Positions 9,774 through 21,187 of a stretch of DNA of 64,000 nucleotides are shown one piece after another (within the stretch, counting starts at the first letter, position 1; every line of letters starts with the position of its first letter). Source of the stretch: an uncultured Bacteroidales bacterium. Its GTDB lineage: Bacteria > Bacteroidota > Bacteroidia > Bacteroidales > GCA-2748055. The translations under genes were made by a program, and so were the position numbers. The DNA is taken from positions 65,297 through 129,296 of the forward strand of contig CAVWDQ010000006.1 in NCBI GenBank assembly GCA_963753765.1, written 5' to 3'. Under the pieces are notes generated by a model. The model had not been told where the DNA came from. It made no database searches and saw only the letters and a program-made list of their open reading frames with translations.

Positions 9774-10685
9774 ATGGACGAACTTTCAATCACGCTGGAA
9801 AAAACACTTGGTATCTCTCCTGAGAATCAGACGAAGATCCTCTATTCGGTATTGATACTGGTGGTGCTTGGCATAATCAGGTTTGCCATTCTTAAAATTG
9901 TGTGGAGGCTCAGCGAGGACCCTAAAATGCGCTATACCTGGAAACGTGTAGTCTCTTTTGTAATGGGGGTTCTGATGGTGATCCTGATCGGAAGCGTATG
10001 GGTCAGTGCCATTGGGAAGTTCGGGGCTTTCCTGGGACTGCTCAGTGCAGGTATTGCCATCGCCCTTAAAGATATGCTTACCAATGTTGCAGGGTGGATC
10101 TTCATCCTTACCCGAAAACCGTTTAGCATAGGCGACCGTGTTCAGATCGGAGAAAATTCAGGGGATGTAATTGACATCCGTCTTTTTCAGTTCTCCCTGA
10201 TGGAGATCGGAAACTGGGTAAATGCCGATCAGAGCACCGGGCGGATCATTCATATGCCCAACGGAATTGTTTTCACAAAGCCGCAGGCCAATTATAGCGC
10301 CGGTTTTAATTATATCTGGAACGAAATATCGGTTCTGGTCACTTTTGAGAGCCAGTGGGAGCGGGCCAAAACGATCCTGGAGAAGATCATCCACGAGCAC
10401 TCGGAAAACCTCTCATTAAATGCAGAGAAGAAGATCATCGAGGCATCAAAAAAATATATGATTTTTTACCAGTACCTCACCCCCATTGTCTATACTTCGG
10501 TCGAGCCCAGTGGTATATTGCTTACCATGCGGTTTATCTGTGATCCCCGGAAAAGGCGCTCCAACGAGCAGGAAGTTTGGGAAGAGGTGCTCAAGGAGTT
10601 TGCAAAGCACAAGGATATTGAATTCGCCTATCCCACACAGCGTTTCTATACCCGTCACGCCGAGAAAGACGATTCGCCTCTGTAG
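9774..10685 (+). CDS. Mechanosensitive ion channel (MscS family)
   Basis: It has three N-terminal TM helices. The MscS beta-domain signature follows (ILTRKPFSIGDRVQIGENSGDVIDIRLFQFSLMEIGN...GRIIHMPNGIV). Confidence 0.8.
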   Translation: MDELSITLEKTLGISPENQTKILYSVLILVVLGIIRFAILKIVWRLSEDPKMRYTWKRVVSFVMGVLMVILIGSVWVSAIGKFGAFLGLLSAGIAIALKDMLTNVAGWIFILTRKPFSIGDRVQIGENSGDVIDIRLFQFSLMEIGNWVNADQSTGRIIHMPNGIVFTKPQANYSAGFNYIWNEISVLVTFESQWERAKTILEKIIHEHSENLSLNAEKKIIEASKKYMIFYQYLTPIVYTSVEPSGILLTMRFICDPRKRRSNEQEVWEEVLKEFAKHKDIEFAYPTQRFYTRHAEKDDSPL

Positions 10686-10696
10686 GCCAATCCTTT

Positions 10697-12253
10697 TTAA
10701 TCCAGCTCAAGAACAATTACCGAGCGGGCCGGTACGCTTAACTGCAGTTTCCCGTTTTTGAAACGCGCACCATCGAACTTTACAGGCACCACCTCTACGG
10801 GGTTTTCGAAACTGTTGTGACTGTCCATCTTCTCAGAGCTCAGCAGGAGGCCCGTCACCCTGGCAGTAGATTTTCCCTCGAGCTCCACCTGCATATCCAC
10901 CGCATTTTGAGGATCGATGTTCACCAGGGAGAGATGAATCCGGCCCTCTTTATCCATGGAAGCACTTGCACTGATGGCCGGCAGTGCATCTGAACCCAGC
11001 ACATAATCCGGACCTTCCAGCGTTTGCGGGAGCAAGGTGGCATCATGATGAACCTTATACATCTTATAAATGTGATAGGTTGGGGTCAGCAGCATCTTTT
11101 CTCCTTCTGTAAAAATCAATGCCTGCAGTACATTGATAGTCTGCGCAATATTTGCCATACGAACCCGGTCACACCGTGCATTCAGATAGTTCAGGGTGAT
11201 GCCGGCCACCAGGGCATCCCGCATACTGTTCTGCTGGTAGAGGAATCCCGGGTTGGTGCCGGGCTCCACATCGTACCAGGTCCCCCACTCATCGAAAGCC
11301 AGGGCCACACGCTTATCCGGATCGTACTTGTCCATAATCTCCATATGCCGGTCAATGGTCTTTTCAATATGCAGGCACTTCTTCAGCACCTCGAAATAGT
11401 GATTCTCCCCAAAGCCGGTGGCAGGTCCTTTATTGCTCCAGTTGGTTGTATAGTAGTGGAGAGAGATCCCATTCATCATATGGTGAGGTATCTTTTGCAT
11501 CAGGGTTTCGGTCCACCCGAAGTCTTCCGAATTGGCCCCGCCAGCAATTTTAAACAGCCTGTTTTCCCCATAATTCCTGCAATAAGTTGCATATCTGCGG
11601 TACTGATCAGCATAGAAGTCGGCGGTCATATTGCCCCCGCATCCCCAGTTTTCATTACCCACATCCCAGTACTTCACTCCCCATGCACTCTCCCTGCCGT
11701 TGACCCGTCTTAGATCGGCCATGGGGCTGATTCCATCAAAGTTCAGATATTCCACCCAGGAAGACATCTCCTGGACCGTCCCACTTCCCACATTGCCACA
11801 GATAACCGGTTCAGTTCCCAGCTGCCCGCAAAGCTCCATAAATTCATGGGTCCCAAAACTATTGTCCTCGGTGACTCCGCCCCAGTGGGTATTGACCATT
11901 TTGGGGCGCTTTGCCGGATCGCCAATACCATCCATCCAGTGGTATTCATCGGCAAAACAGCCACCGGGCCATCGCAGGTTGGGTATATCAATGGCACGTA
12001 GGGCCTCCACCACATCGTTTCTGATCCCATTGGTATTGGGAATTTCAGAATCATATCCCACCCAGTACCCGCCATAAATGCAGTGACCCAGGTGCTCGGA
12101 GAAATGGCCGTAGATATGACGACTGATGGTTTCGGTGCCTCCTGTGGCATCGATTGTGAGATAGGCTGAGCTTCCACGGTTTCCATCCTGTGAAAGCAAT
12201 GGAATGCTAACAACGATGATCATCATCGCTGCAAGAAAGTAATGTGTTTTCAT
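10697..12253 (-). CDS. GH51 alpha-L-arabinofuranosidase
   Basis: ORF 10697-12289, with the likely start at [15 protein letters not shown] (signal peptide). It carries [14 protein letters not shown], the acid/base motif [10 protein letters not shown] and the nucleophile motif [10 protein letters not shown]. Confidence 0.85.
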   Translation of the reverse strand: MKTHYFLAAMMIIVVSIPLLSQDGNRGSSAYLTIDATGGTETISRHIYGHFSEHLGHCIYGGYWVGYDSEIPNTNGIRNDVVEALRAIDIPNLRWPGGCFADEYHWMDGIGDPAKRPKMVNTHWGGVTEDNSFGTHEFMELCGQLGTEPVICGNVGSGTVQEMSSWVEYLNFDGISPMADLRRVNGRESAWGVKYWDVGNENWGCGGNMTADFYADQYRRYATYCRNYGENRLFKIAGGANSEDFGWTETLMQKIPHHMMNGISLHYYTTNWSNKGPATGFGENHYFEVLKKCLHIEKTIDRHMEIMDKYDPDKRVALAFDEWGTWYDVEPGTNPGFLYQQNSMRDALVAGITLNYLNARCDRVRMANIAQTINVLQALIFTEGEKMLLTPTYHIYKMYKVHHDATLLPQTLEGPDYVLGSDALPAISASASMDKEGRIHLSLVNIDPQNAVDMQVELEGKSTARVTGLLLSSEKMDSHNSFENPVEVVPVKFDGARFKNGKLQLSVPARSVIVLELD

Positions 12254-12328
12254 CTGGTGAGCTATTGGTTTATAATTTACCAGATACAACTTACCACAAA
12301 ATTTTCTAAAAATCCATGGCCCCGGAAA

Positions 12329-13349
12329 CTATCTGTGGGTTTGAGTCATGTTCGAAGGAACAGCAATTATAAAGTCTGCTTTCCCCGTGGACTCCTCATC
12401 CAGGCTTTCAACATCGTCCTGACTCACCGTGGAGATGGTAACTATTTTCAGATCCGGCTTGTCCCTTTTCAGGAACCAGTTCATACTCTCAAAATCGTCG
12501 GAGTGGTAGGCCCCGTTATAGTGAATAAGAAGCATTCCGGGCTGCCAGTTCTCCAAAATAAAATACGACATGGTGGCATCCTTGATGGCCTGGGCGTCGG
12601 CCAGATTTGTACTCCCGTGCCCTCCCATGGGACTGGTACCAGCCATGGGCATTTTCGTTTCGCCCATGGGCATTTTAGCTGCGCCCAATGGACTGATGGC
12701 TGTCGGCCATAGAACTGATGCTGTCGCTCATTGGAGTTTTGGCCATTGGGCCCATATCCGATCCCAGGAGCTGCTTGTAGCAGTTAAGGGAAGTATCGTA
12801 TTCCAGGGGAAGCGGAGCTATGTAGGACTTTGCCTCATCACTGAGGCTATCCAGGGAGACCAGCCCCTTTTTAAAAACCATATTGGCATAACGCCTGGGA
12901 ATATTGCTTGCCACAAAAGTCAGCCCGTTTTCCCTGGCAATCAGCACCAGGGGCTTATAGTCCGTTTTATAATTCTTCCAGAGCCTGGCCTCTTCTTCAA
13001 ATTTTGCTTCAGTAATCTGACCAGCCAGGTATTCATCCATGATCAGCTGGTTATCGGCTTCAAACATCTCAGCTCCCAGAATCAATGCTTCTCCTTTTGC
13101 TTCAAAGAGATCGGTGGTGAGTTCCAGCTGAAGCCAGTGAGAGATTGGATTGGTATGGTATTCTCCGAATAACACGATATCGGCTCCTTCTGCAGCCTCC
13201 AGCATCTTTTCATATTTCACCTTCTTTCCATCCTCCCGGAACAAGCCATAGGCTGGTTTCTGAGCCATGGCCGTTATGACTGAAAATCCGGCTAAAAAAA
13301 ATAATATTACAGCTTTCCGGAAATATTTTTGGAAATTATTCATCTTCAT
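12329..13349 (-). pseudogene. ChaN-family (haem-binding/Tiki-like) lipoprotein with Met-rich insert, one frameshift
   Basis: Fragments are 12675-13349 (signal peptide; DIVLFGEYHTNPISHW; FVASNIPRRYANMV) and 12329-12688 (LIHYNGAYHSD). The junction is near 12690. Confidence 0.65.
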
Positions 13350-13413
13350 TATTATTTTAATTTGACAAAATTACGAGTTAATTGTTACTTGTAGATAACA
13401 AGCATTCGACCCA

Positions 13414-13980
13414 ATGGTTCCAAGAAATAAAATAGTGATCCTGGTTTTTCACCCCCTTTTACATAAAAGTCGGGTAAACAGCACCTTACTGAATGCGGTG
13501 AAAGGGCTCCAGGGAGTAAGCTTTCGCTATATGTATGACCTGTACCCCGATTATCAGATTAATATCAAGGAGGAACAGGAGGTTTTACTACAAAACGATA
13601 TTATTATCTGGCAGCACCCCTTATACTGGTACAGCTCACCATCCCTGCTGAAAGAGTGGCTCGACCTGGTGCTGGAACATGGTTTTGCCTATGGGAAATC
13701 CGGCAGGGCCGTGGAAGGGAAAAGTGTGATGTCGGCTATTTCCTCCGGGGGAAGAAGAGAAAACTATGGTTCTGAAGGCGGAGTGAGATTTTCCATTCGT
13801 CAATTGCTTGTCCCCTTTGAACAGACTGTTAACTTATGCAGAATGAGTTATTTACCACCTTTTGTGACCCATGGAACCCACCTGCTAAACATGCAGGAGA
13901 TCGAGAAGGCCGCTGAGGATTATAAGCGCATTATTACAGGACTTAGAGATGGATCCTTTCCCAGGGAGGATCTGAAGTAA
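13414..13980 (+). CDS. KefF/KefG-type NAD(P)H oxidoreductase (flavodoxin-like fold), K+ efflux ancillary protein
   Basis: It contains KIVILVFHPLLHKSRVNSTLL..., IIWQHPLYWYSSPSLLKEWLD and FAYG. It lies immediately upstream of a Kef-type antiporter. Confidence 0.8.
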   Translation: MVPRNKIVILVFHPLLHKSRVNSTLLNAVKGLQGVSFRYMYDLYPDYQINIKEEQEVLLQNDIIIWQHPLYWYSSPSLLKEWLDLVLEHGFAYGKSGRAVEGKSVMSAISSGGRRENYGSEGGVRFSIRQLLVPFEQTVNLCRMSYLPPFVTHGTHLLNMQEIEKAAEDYKRIITGLRDGSFPREDLK

Positions 13981-14014
13981 TGCAGAGTACATCAATGATT
14001 TAATATCCTGATTT

Positions 14015-15923
14015 ATGGATGAACAGAATTTTTTCCTGAATGCAATGGTCTATCTGCTGGCAGCAGTGATCTCGGTCCCTGTGGCCAAAAGGCTTAGGAT
14101 TCGGATCGGTCCTGGGCTACCTCCTTGCAGGTATGATTATTGGTCCCTTCGTTTTAGGCTTTATCGGGAGTGAAGGGGAAGATGTTATGCATTTTGCCGA
14201 ATTCGGCGTGGTTATGATGCTCTTTCTGATCGGTCTGGAACTAAAACCAAATCTTCTATGGGATATGCGGAGATCTATCTTTGGGCTGGGCGGATTACAG
14301 CTCCTGATCTCGGCCCTGGTAATAGGAGCTGTAGCTGTTATGCTGGGCCAAACCATCAGTGCCGGTGTCGCCATTGGCCTGACCCTGGGTCTCTCTTCCA
14401 CTGCCATCGTATTGCAGACCCTGGCCGAAAAAAACTTAATGAAACAGGCTTCCGGAAAGGCCTCCTTCTCGGTACTCCTGCTACAGGATATAGCGGTGGT
14501 CCCCATTCTGGCACTGATCCCCTTACTGGCTGGGAGTGCCCTGCCGGAGGGTAATGATATCCACCGGGAGGTACAGTATATTGCAGGAGTAGAGATAAGC
14601 GGATGGGTTCAGGTAGGTCTGATGCTAAGTGTTATTACCGCCATCGTGGTGGTTGGGCTCTACCTGGTGAAATACTTCTTCAGGATCATTGCACGTACAG
14701 GTATGAGGGAAATCTTTACTGCAGCAGCTTTGCTGCTGGTGATCTCCACAGCAGCTCTGATGGATCTGGTGGGACTTTCACCTGCACTGGGGGCCTTCCT
14801 GTCGGGTGTTGTGATGGCAAACAATGAGTACAGACATGAACTGGAGGCCGATATAGAGCCCTTCAAGGGACTCTTATTGGGACTCTTCTTTATTTCGGTG
14901 GGTGCCAGCATGGATTTCTCTTTGCTGGGTTCTGCTCCGGGTACGATACTCTCACTGCTGGTGGCTCTTATTGGTATCAAATTCGTGATCCTTTTTATCC
15001 TGGGAAGGGTGTTTGGGATCAGGGGAGGTCAGAATACCATGTTTGCCTTTTCCCTGGCTCAGGGAGGAGAATTTGCCTTTGTACTGGTCGCCTTCAGTGC
15101 TGAAAACGGGGTGCTGACTTCCGATACCTCTGCCATTCTCTTTCTGGTGGTTGCACTCTCCATGGCTGTAACACCGCTGCTCCTCTTACTCAATGATAAA
15201 GTGATCATGCCCCAGGTATTCAAAACGGAAAATACCAGGGAGGAAGATACCATCGATGATGAAGATACCCCGATGATTATTGCAGGCTTTGGAAGGTTTG
15301 GAGTGGTTATGGGAAGGTTCCTGATTGCCAATGGGATGCGTGCCACCATTCTGGATGATAATCCGGAAAATATTGATGTGTTAAGAAAATTTGGATTTAA
15401 GGTTTATTATGGGGATGCCTCCAGGGCCGATCTGCTGGCATCGGCAGGGGCTGACAAGGCTAAGGTGCTGATTGTGGCAGTGGATGATCCGCAAAAATCA
15501 CTAAAGATCATCGACCTGGCTCAACGCAACTACCCCCACCTGAAAATACTGGTCCGTTCGATCAACCAGGAACACTCCTATGAGCTGCTGGACCGCAAGG
15601 TGGATGCTTTTAAGCCCGAAACTTTTGAGTCATCGCTCCACCTGGGTATTGAAGCACTGACCCACCTGGGATATAACAGGTACCATGCCCACCGCCTGGC
15701 TCATACCTTCCGGAAACACAGCAACAAAGTGATTCACGAATTGCACAAGCATCACAGGGAGGATGAGAACAAATACCTGTCCGAAACCAAAAAGCATGCC
15801 CTGGAGTTGGAGGAGCTGTTCCGCGCTGAAAAAGAGGATATCGATCACATGACCGACGGATCCTGGGATGTCTCCTCACGTCGTGAAGAGGCAAAAGAGC
15901 AATGGCTTCCTAAAGAAGAATAG
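14015..15923 (+). pseudogene. KefB/KefC-type glutathione-gated K+ efflux antiporter (CPA2 + KTN domain), one N-terminal frameshift
   Basis: ATG at 14015 gives MDEQNFFLNAMVYLLAAVISVPVAK. The frame is lost in the A4 run 14087-14090, and removing one A gives ...GLGFGSVLGYLLAGMIIGPFVLGF, joining ORF 14133-15923. The KTN Rossmann motif is IIAGFGRFG. Confidence 0.85.
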
Positions 15924-18513
15924 AATTAAAAAGGAGCTTGTAGGAAGCCTGGGTGGAGGTCCTGAACTGGGGACCAAATCCAAACAACACATACTGCCCC
16001 TTTCCTTTTTCCATCCAGATCATGGCTGCCCTGTTTCCCATCTTTTCTTCCCCGGAGGCATATCCCGATATCAAAATATCCTTTTCGGGATAGGTCCCAA
16101 TCACCCGGCGATCCATATCAAATTTTGGAACCGAAGTAGTGAATACCGGACGGCCTCTCGAGAACACACCAATGCTTTCGGGCATGCCCAGTGTAAGCGG
16201 ATGATCCTGAATTAAATCGATCTTAACCAGGCTGCCCGGAATATATAAGCCTGCTTTTACCAGGTCCGGAGAGATATCCCGAAAGGGAAGATTGAACTCC
16301 TCTTCCTCTTCACCATGCTTAATTTTCAGCATGCCCTCAAAAAGGCTGGCCGACCTGCCCCAGGCCACAATCTTACCGCCTCCATCACTAAAGGTCATCA
16401 GCTTTTCCATACCTTCTTTGCCAATTCCCTTCACATACTCGGGAGGGTAGCTACCCATATAGTAGCTTTCTCCCGATTTCTGTTTACCGGTCATTAAAAT
16501 TTCCTTATCGTTATCAGGGAAGATGATTATATCAAATTTCTCTGACAGTTCGCTCTTGGCAAAATCACCAGGATGAATGACGGTAAAGGGAATGTGATAG
16601 CTGTCAAACAAAAAACGGGTCCACCCGGCATCCATATCATGAAACCAGGTCTCCACCAGTGCAATTCTTGGAAGCTTCAGCGCTGTGGTGGGCAAAGCCC
16701 TTTTATCGGTCAATTCGCCGGGCTGGAATGGAAGTGATGCAAGTAACTCATCCCATTGAACCTTTTTGGAGCCTTTGTATATAATAAAACTACCAGCACC
16801 ATATGTAAGTCCTGCCACATCTGTTTCGGACAGAAGGCGCTCCACTTTCATGCCCTGTTCCAGTGCCATAAATGCGGCACGGTAGGATTCATTGGATGTA
16901 ACCGGCAATACAATGGTGCCAGCTTCGACCTCTTTCCCTTTCAGGTCATATTCACCTTCAAGCAGGCTGAGATTTCCCTCAAGTGCCTTGCTGCGAACAT
17001 CAATTTCCTCGGATGCCACATAGCGATGAAGTGGCAGGGACCAGCTGGTAATATCGTAAGGCTTAATAAGCTCTCCGCCAGGAGTATAGTGACGTTCAGG
17101 GAATACCTGGGTTTCCATCACTTCCTTGATAAATGCTCTGAAGGGCTGAGCCATAGGGATGACCACATCACCCTCCGTATAAACCTTTCCATCCAGAATC
17201 ACTTGCTCATCGAGGGTATAAACATCCACACCCTGTTCCTTCATCAGGTTCACCAGGTTGACCAGTTCTCCCGGGTCGTGCTGCTTCTGAGGCATAATGT
17301 AGTAATAGGGAGCCTCACTTTTGCCCAGCGCCACCTGCTCCCGGCACATCCTGTTCCTGAAATCGAGGATATCCTTCCTGTACAGGGAGGCGGTTTTGAT
17401 AATGGAGGTGGTGGAAGATATCTCGTACTGAACGATATCACTCAATCGCCACCAGCCCCCTTCCCAGGGCAGCAACATATTAATACTCTTTTTATATTCG
17501 GAAAGTCCCTTCCCTCCAACCCTCAGCTCGGTGGGTTCAATATAGATAGGTGTAGCGGTTTGCACACTGGCAGCCTCGGTAAGGAAACCAATCACATTTT
17601 TCCAAATACAAGTCTCCGTGGCACCGGGCCAGTAATCATCAAAAATGTAGTGCTGGGATACACCGGCCAGTCCGTCAGCCGTCATATCTGTGGCCATATG
17701 CTGTCCGAATACCCCACCCCAGTGAAAGATCCCCGCAGGAACATTCTCTGCAATGGGATCATGGTTCGGGGGAACAAAGTAACGGGTACCGGTGGAACCC
17801 ATCTGGTGCTTTTCGACCATCACCTGTGGAAACCAGGTCTGGTTGTAAATACTGGCGATGGCCCTGGTATCTTCCTGGCTCAGAATTACAAAATCGCGGT
17901 TGTTATCATGACCCACGTATTTATGATATACGGCAGGAAGAGAGGCCCCTTCATACTTAGTGCCTTTGTACTTTAAATAGTTCTCCACGATCAGGTCCAT
18001 ACCATCGGGATTGTGAGGTACCAACATATAAACCACATTGTTAAGCCACTCCTCCTTCTCCGGATCTTCCGTGCTGGCAAAATCCCAGGCAATCAGGGGT
18101 GCGGCCTGCGCTGGCGCCACTTCAGATGCGTGCATGGAAAGTGTTGCCAGTACAAAGGTCTTGCCATCGCGGATCATCCCCTGAAGCTCATCCTCCTTAA
18201 GATTTGGATTCAGCGCCAGTTCCCTGTTGATCTTTTTCAACTCCTCCAGATTGGAGATATTTTCTGCACTGGAAATAAAGGCGATATACATGGGCTTTCC
18301 CATGGGTGACTTACCGATCTCCTCCAGGTAAATCCGGTCCGACTCAGCATCCAGCTTCTGCAGGTAGTCTATCAAGAGCTCATAGCTAAACAGGTTCCGG
18401 TCAGATCCCGGTTCAAAACCAAAAAAATCGGATGGCCTGGTATAAGAAGCATCCTGGGCCATCACTCCAAGAAGGGAGAAAATCATGGCCATAGTAAAAA
18501 GCACCTTTTTCAT
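15910..18513 (-). CDS. M14-family zinc metallocarboxypeptidase-like protein (large, secreted)
   Basis: ORF 15910-18543, with the likely start at MKKVLFTMAMIFSLLGVMAQ. M14 signatures are LSMHASEVA (HxxE), VPHNPDGMDL and GHDNNRDF. Confidence 0.75.
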   Translation of the reverse strand: MKKVLFTMAMIFSLLGVMAQDASYTRPSDFFGFEPGSDRNLFSYELLIDYLQKLDAESDRIYLEEIGKSPMGKPMYIAFISSAENISNLEELKKINRELALNPNLKEDELQGMIRDGKTFVLATLSMHASEVAPAQAAPLIAWDFASTEDPEKEEWLNNVVYMLVPHNPDGMDLIVENYLKYKGTKYEGASLPAVYHKYVGHDNNRDFVILSQEDTRAIASIYNQTWFPQVMVEKHQMGSTGTRYFVPPNHDPIAENVPAGIFHWGGVFGQHMATDMTADGLAGVSQHYIFDDYWPGATETCIWKNVIGFLTEAASVQTATPIYIEPTELRVGGKGLSEYKKSINMLLPWEGGWWRLSDIVQYEISSTTSIIKTASLYRKDILDFRNRMCREQVALGKSEAPYYYIMPQKQHDPGELVNLVNLMKEQGVDVYTLDEQVILDGKVYTEGDVVIPMAQPFRAFIKEVMETQVFPERHYTPGGELIKPYDITSWSLPLHRYVASEEIDVRSKALEGNLSLLEGEYDLKGKEVEAGTIVLPVTSNESYRAAFMALEQGMKVERLLSETDVAGLTYGAGSFIIYKGSKKVQWDELLASLPFQPGELTDKRALPTTALKLPRIALVETWFHDMDAGWTRFLFDSYHIPFTVIHPGDFAKSELSEKFDIIIFPDNDKEILMTGKQKSGESYYMGSYPPEYVKGIGKEGMEKLMTFSDGGGKIVAWGRSASLFEGMLKIKHGEEEEEFNLPFRDISPDLVKAGLYIPGSLVKIDLIQDHPLTLGMPESIGVFSRGRPVFTTSVPKFDMDRRVIGTYPEKDILISGYASGEEKMGNRAAMIWMEKGKGQYVLFGFGPQFRTSTQASYKLLFNSILL

Positions 18514-18539
18514 TTTATGATGATTAAGATTAGAATGGA

Positions 18540-19898
18540 TCAATCGATCCAGATTGTTTTAATATTGACAAATTCTTTGATGCCCTCTTTGGCAAGTTCA
18601 CGACCATATCCCGACTTTTTAGTTCCTCCAAAGGGAAGCCTTGGATCGGATTTCACCATGGCATTGACAAAAACGGCTCCCTCTTCCGCACCCCTGGTAA
18701 ATAGTTCGGCTGAGAGCTCGGATCCGGTGAACACCTGCATGCCGAGTCCGAAGTTCGATTTGTTTGAAAGTTCCAGGGCGTGTTCCGGTGAACTTGCTTC
18801 CATCACGGCAAATACTGGTCCGAACACCTCCTCATCGAAGACCGGCATTCCGGGTGTGACTTGCGAAAGGATGGTAGGCTGGTAGAATGCCCCCTTTCGC
18901 TCTCCACCCAGGAGTAATTTTGCTCCCATTTCCACCGATTTTTTAACCTGTTCCTCCACCTCCCTGGCTTGCTTGACTGAAACCAGTGGCCCCACCTGGG
19001 TCCCCTCCTCCATGGGATCGCCCACAACAAGATCAGCCACCCTGCTCACCAGGAGCGGAATGAAATCCTCTGCAATCCACGACTCCAGGATGAAGCGCTT
19101 GGCTGCAATGCAGCTCTGTCCACCGTTCTGCATCCTGGCCGGAATGGCCAGGGTAAGGGTAAGCTCCCGGTTGGCATCGTTTAATACCACAAAAGCATTA
19201 CTCCCTCCAAGTTCAAGCACACATTTTTTCAAATTCCTTCCAGCCTCCGAGGCCACAGCCATCCCTGCCGCTTCACTCCCGGTGAGGCTTACCGCCCTGA
19301 CATATTCACTGGCAATAACTCCTGCTACCCGGTCTGACCCGATGGCCAGGTTCTGAAAAATGCCCTCTTCAAATCCGGCCTCTTTAAATATCTCTTCGAT
19401 GACACCCGCACATCCCTGTACATTGGAAGCGTGTTTGAGAAGTACCGTATTTCCTGCCATCAGCGCAGGCGCGGCAAAGCGAAACACCTGCCAGAAAGGA
19501 AAGTTCCAGGGCATAACAGCCAGAACGGGTCCCAGGGGCTCAAAGATCACACGGCTCTCCTCAGCCTCAGTCGCCACCAACTTATCCTTAAGAAAACGGG
19601 CTGCATTCTCAGCATAATAATCACATACAAGGGCACACTTCCTTACTTCAGCCCTGGCCTCCGTCACCGGTTTCCCCATCTCCCCGGTAATCACCTCTGC
19701 AAACTCCCGGCTGCGCTCACGAAGCACAGAAGCCACCTTGTTCATCAAGGAAGCGCGTTCTTGAAAAGAACTATGGCGATAGGAGTTAAAGGTGGTTTGA
19801 GCACGTCCCAGACGAATTGCAAGATTCATATCCGAAAGCTGGGGATAGTTGATGATCCTGGAAGGATCATAAGGATTAATACTCTTCAGAACAGCCAT
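18540..19898 (-). CDS. NAD(P)-dependent aldehyde dehydrogenase (succinate-semialdehyde dehydrogenase-like)
   Basis: 452 aa with ALDH motifs LELGGSNAFVV (catalytic Glu) and GGQSCIAAKR (catalytic Cys), plus EEVFGPV. Confidence 0.85.
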   Translation of the reverse strand: MAVLKSINPYDPSRIINYPQLSDMNLAIRLGRAQTTFNSYRHSSFQERASLMNKVASVLRERSREFAEVITGEMGKPVTEARAEVRKCALVCDYYAENAARFLKDKLVATEAEESRVIFEPLGPVLAVMPWNFPFWQVFRFAAPALMAGNTVLLKHASNVQGCAGVIEEIFKEAGFEEGIFQNLAIGSDRVAGVIASEYVRAVSLTGSEAAGMAVASEAGRNLKKCVLELGGSNAFVVLNDANRELTLTLAIPARMQNGGQSCIAAKRFILESWIAEDFIPLLVSRVADLVVGDPMEEGTQVGPLVSVKQAREVEEQVKKSVEMGAKLLLGGERKGAFYQPTILSQVTPGMPVFDEEVFGPVFAVMEASSPEHALELSNKSNFGLGMQVFTGSELSAELFTRGAEEGAVFVNAMVKSDPRLPFGGTKKSGYGRELAKEGIKEFVNIKTIWID

Positions 19899-20074
19899 TT
19901 TGGTTTCTGTGAAATTAGGGCAAATCGCAATTTAGAAGAATCGATACGATTATCAAAAAATACGGCCCTTCAATGAGATCCACTTCTTCCTGTACAAAGG
20001 ATAAATACACGCATAAAAAGAGTAAAAATCAAAAATAATAATATTTTTACCCTCTGGAACTAACCTGAGTAAAA

Positions 20075-21187
20075 ATGATTCTCCGCACCCTGGCTGGTCT
20101 GGGTATTCTGATAATGATCCATGGGTGTAATCCCGGCCCTGAAACCTCTCCCACCTCAAGTCTGAGTGACCCCAAGGCCAGCTCCATGGCCACAGCCCTG
20201 TTCAACAATCTTCTAAGCATCTCGGCCGATCACATTCTGGTGGGCCACCAGGATGCCCTGGCCTACGGCATGGGTTGGAAAGGGGATGACTTCCGTACCG
20301 ATATTAACGATGTGCTGGGCGATCATCCGGCTGTATTTGGCTGGGACCTGGGACATATGGGAGATGAACTTAACATTGATGAAGTCCCCTTCGGGGATAT
20401 GAAGAAGTGGGCCATTGCCGTCTATGAAAAAGGAGGAGTAAACACCTTCAGCTGGCACATGCGTAATTATGCCATTGGAGGATCCAGCTGGGATAAAGAT
20501 TCCTGTGTGGAAGCTTGTCTTCCCGGGGGTGCCGTACATGAATTGTATCTGGAACGCCTGGATCAGGCTGCAGAGTTCTTCTCCAGCCTTAAGACAGAAA
20601 GCGGGGAACTGATCCCTGTGATTTTCCGTCCCTTCCATGAGATGACCGGATCCTGGTTCTGGTGGGGCCATGGCAATTGTTCGGCTGAGCAATATAAGGC
20701 CCTCTTCCGGTTTACAGTCGACTACTTCAGGAACAATAAGGGGCTGCACCAGCTGATCATCGCCTACTCCAGTGACCGCTTTAGCACAGCTGATCAGTAC
20801 ATGGACTTTTATCCGGGCGACGGCTACGTGGATGTGATGGCCTTTGATGACTATCACGGACTGGCCAGCAAGGAACGAACATCCGGGACCATCCATATGC
20901 TGGAGGTACTGGACTCGCTTTCCACACAGCATCAGAAAATAATGGCCATCTCCGAAACCGGGCTGGAGACCATCCCCAACGAGAAGTGGTTCACCGATGT
21001 GGTACTTCGCACCCTGGATGCCAATGAATCGACCCGGAAAGCAGCCTGGATCCTTTTCTGGCGAAATGGCCGGCCGGACCATTATTATGCGCCCTATCCG
21101 GGGCACCCCTCAGTCCCCGATTTCATTGAATTTATGAACCACGATCTGATGCTCTCCCTATCAGAGCTCCCCGATCTTTACCACTAA
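20075..21187 (+). CDS. GH26 endo-beta-1,4-mannanase, lipoprotein
   Basis: It has a lipobox (LIMIHGC). GH26 motifs are FRPFHEMTGSWFWWG (acid/base) and MAISETG (nucleophile). Confidence 0.85.
   Translation: MILRTLAGLGILIMIHGCNPGPETSPTSSLSDPKASSMATALFNNLLSISADHILVGHQDALAYGMGWKGDDFRTDINDVLGDHPAVFGWDLGHMGDELNIDEVPFGDMKKWAIAVYEKGGVNTFSWHMRNYAIGGSSWDKDSCVEACLPGGAVHELYLERLDQAAEFFSSLKTESGELIPVIFRPFHEMTGSWFWWGHGNCSAEQYKALFRFTVDYFRNNKGLHQLIIAYSSDRFSTADQYMDFYPGDGYVDVMAFDDYHGLASKERTSGTIHMLEVLDSLSTQHQKIMAISETGLETIPNEKWFTDVVLRTLDANESTRKAAWILFWRNGRPDHYYAPYPGHPSVPDFIEFMNHDLMLSLSELPDLYH

Noticed and set aside
15910-15923. A 14-nt overlap of the 3' ends of the convergent kef antiporter and M14 peptidase genes.
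   Set aside because: This is a common consequence of compact genomes, and no hairpin or conserved element lies in the overlap. It is not considered functionally significant.
16756-17976. Long antisense ORFs inside well-supported genes: 16756-17976 (406 aa), 20213-21106 (297 aa), 60150-61049 (299 aa), 41664-42452 (262 aa), 11024-11713 (229 aa) and 42722-43465 (247 aa).
   Set aside because: Each lies fully within, and opposite to, a gene with strong family motifs. They have low-complexity or odd composition and no start context. They are typical shadow ORFs in ~50% GC DNA.
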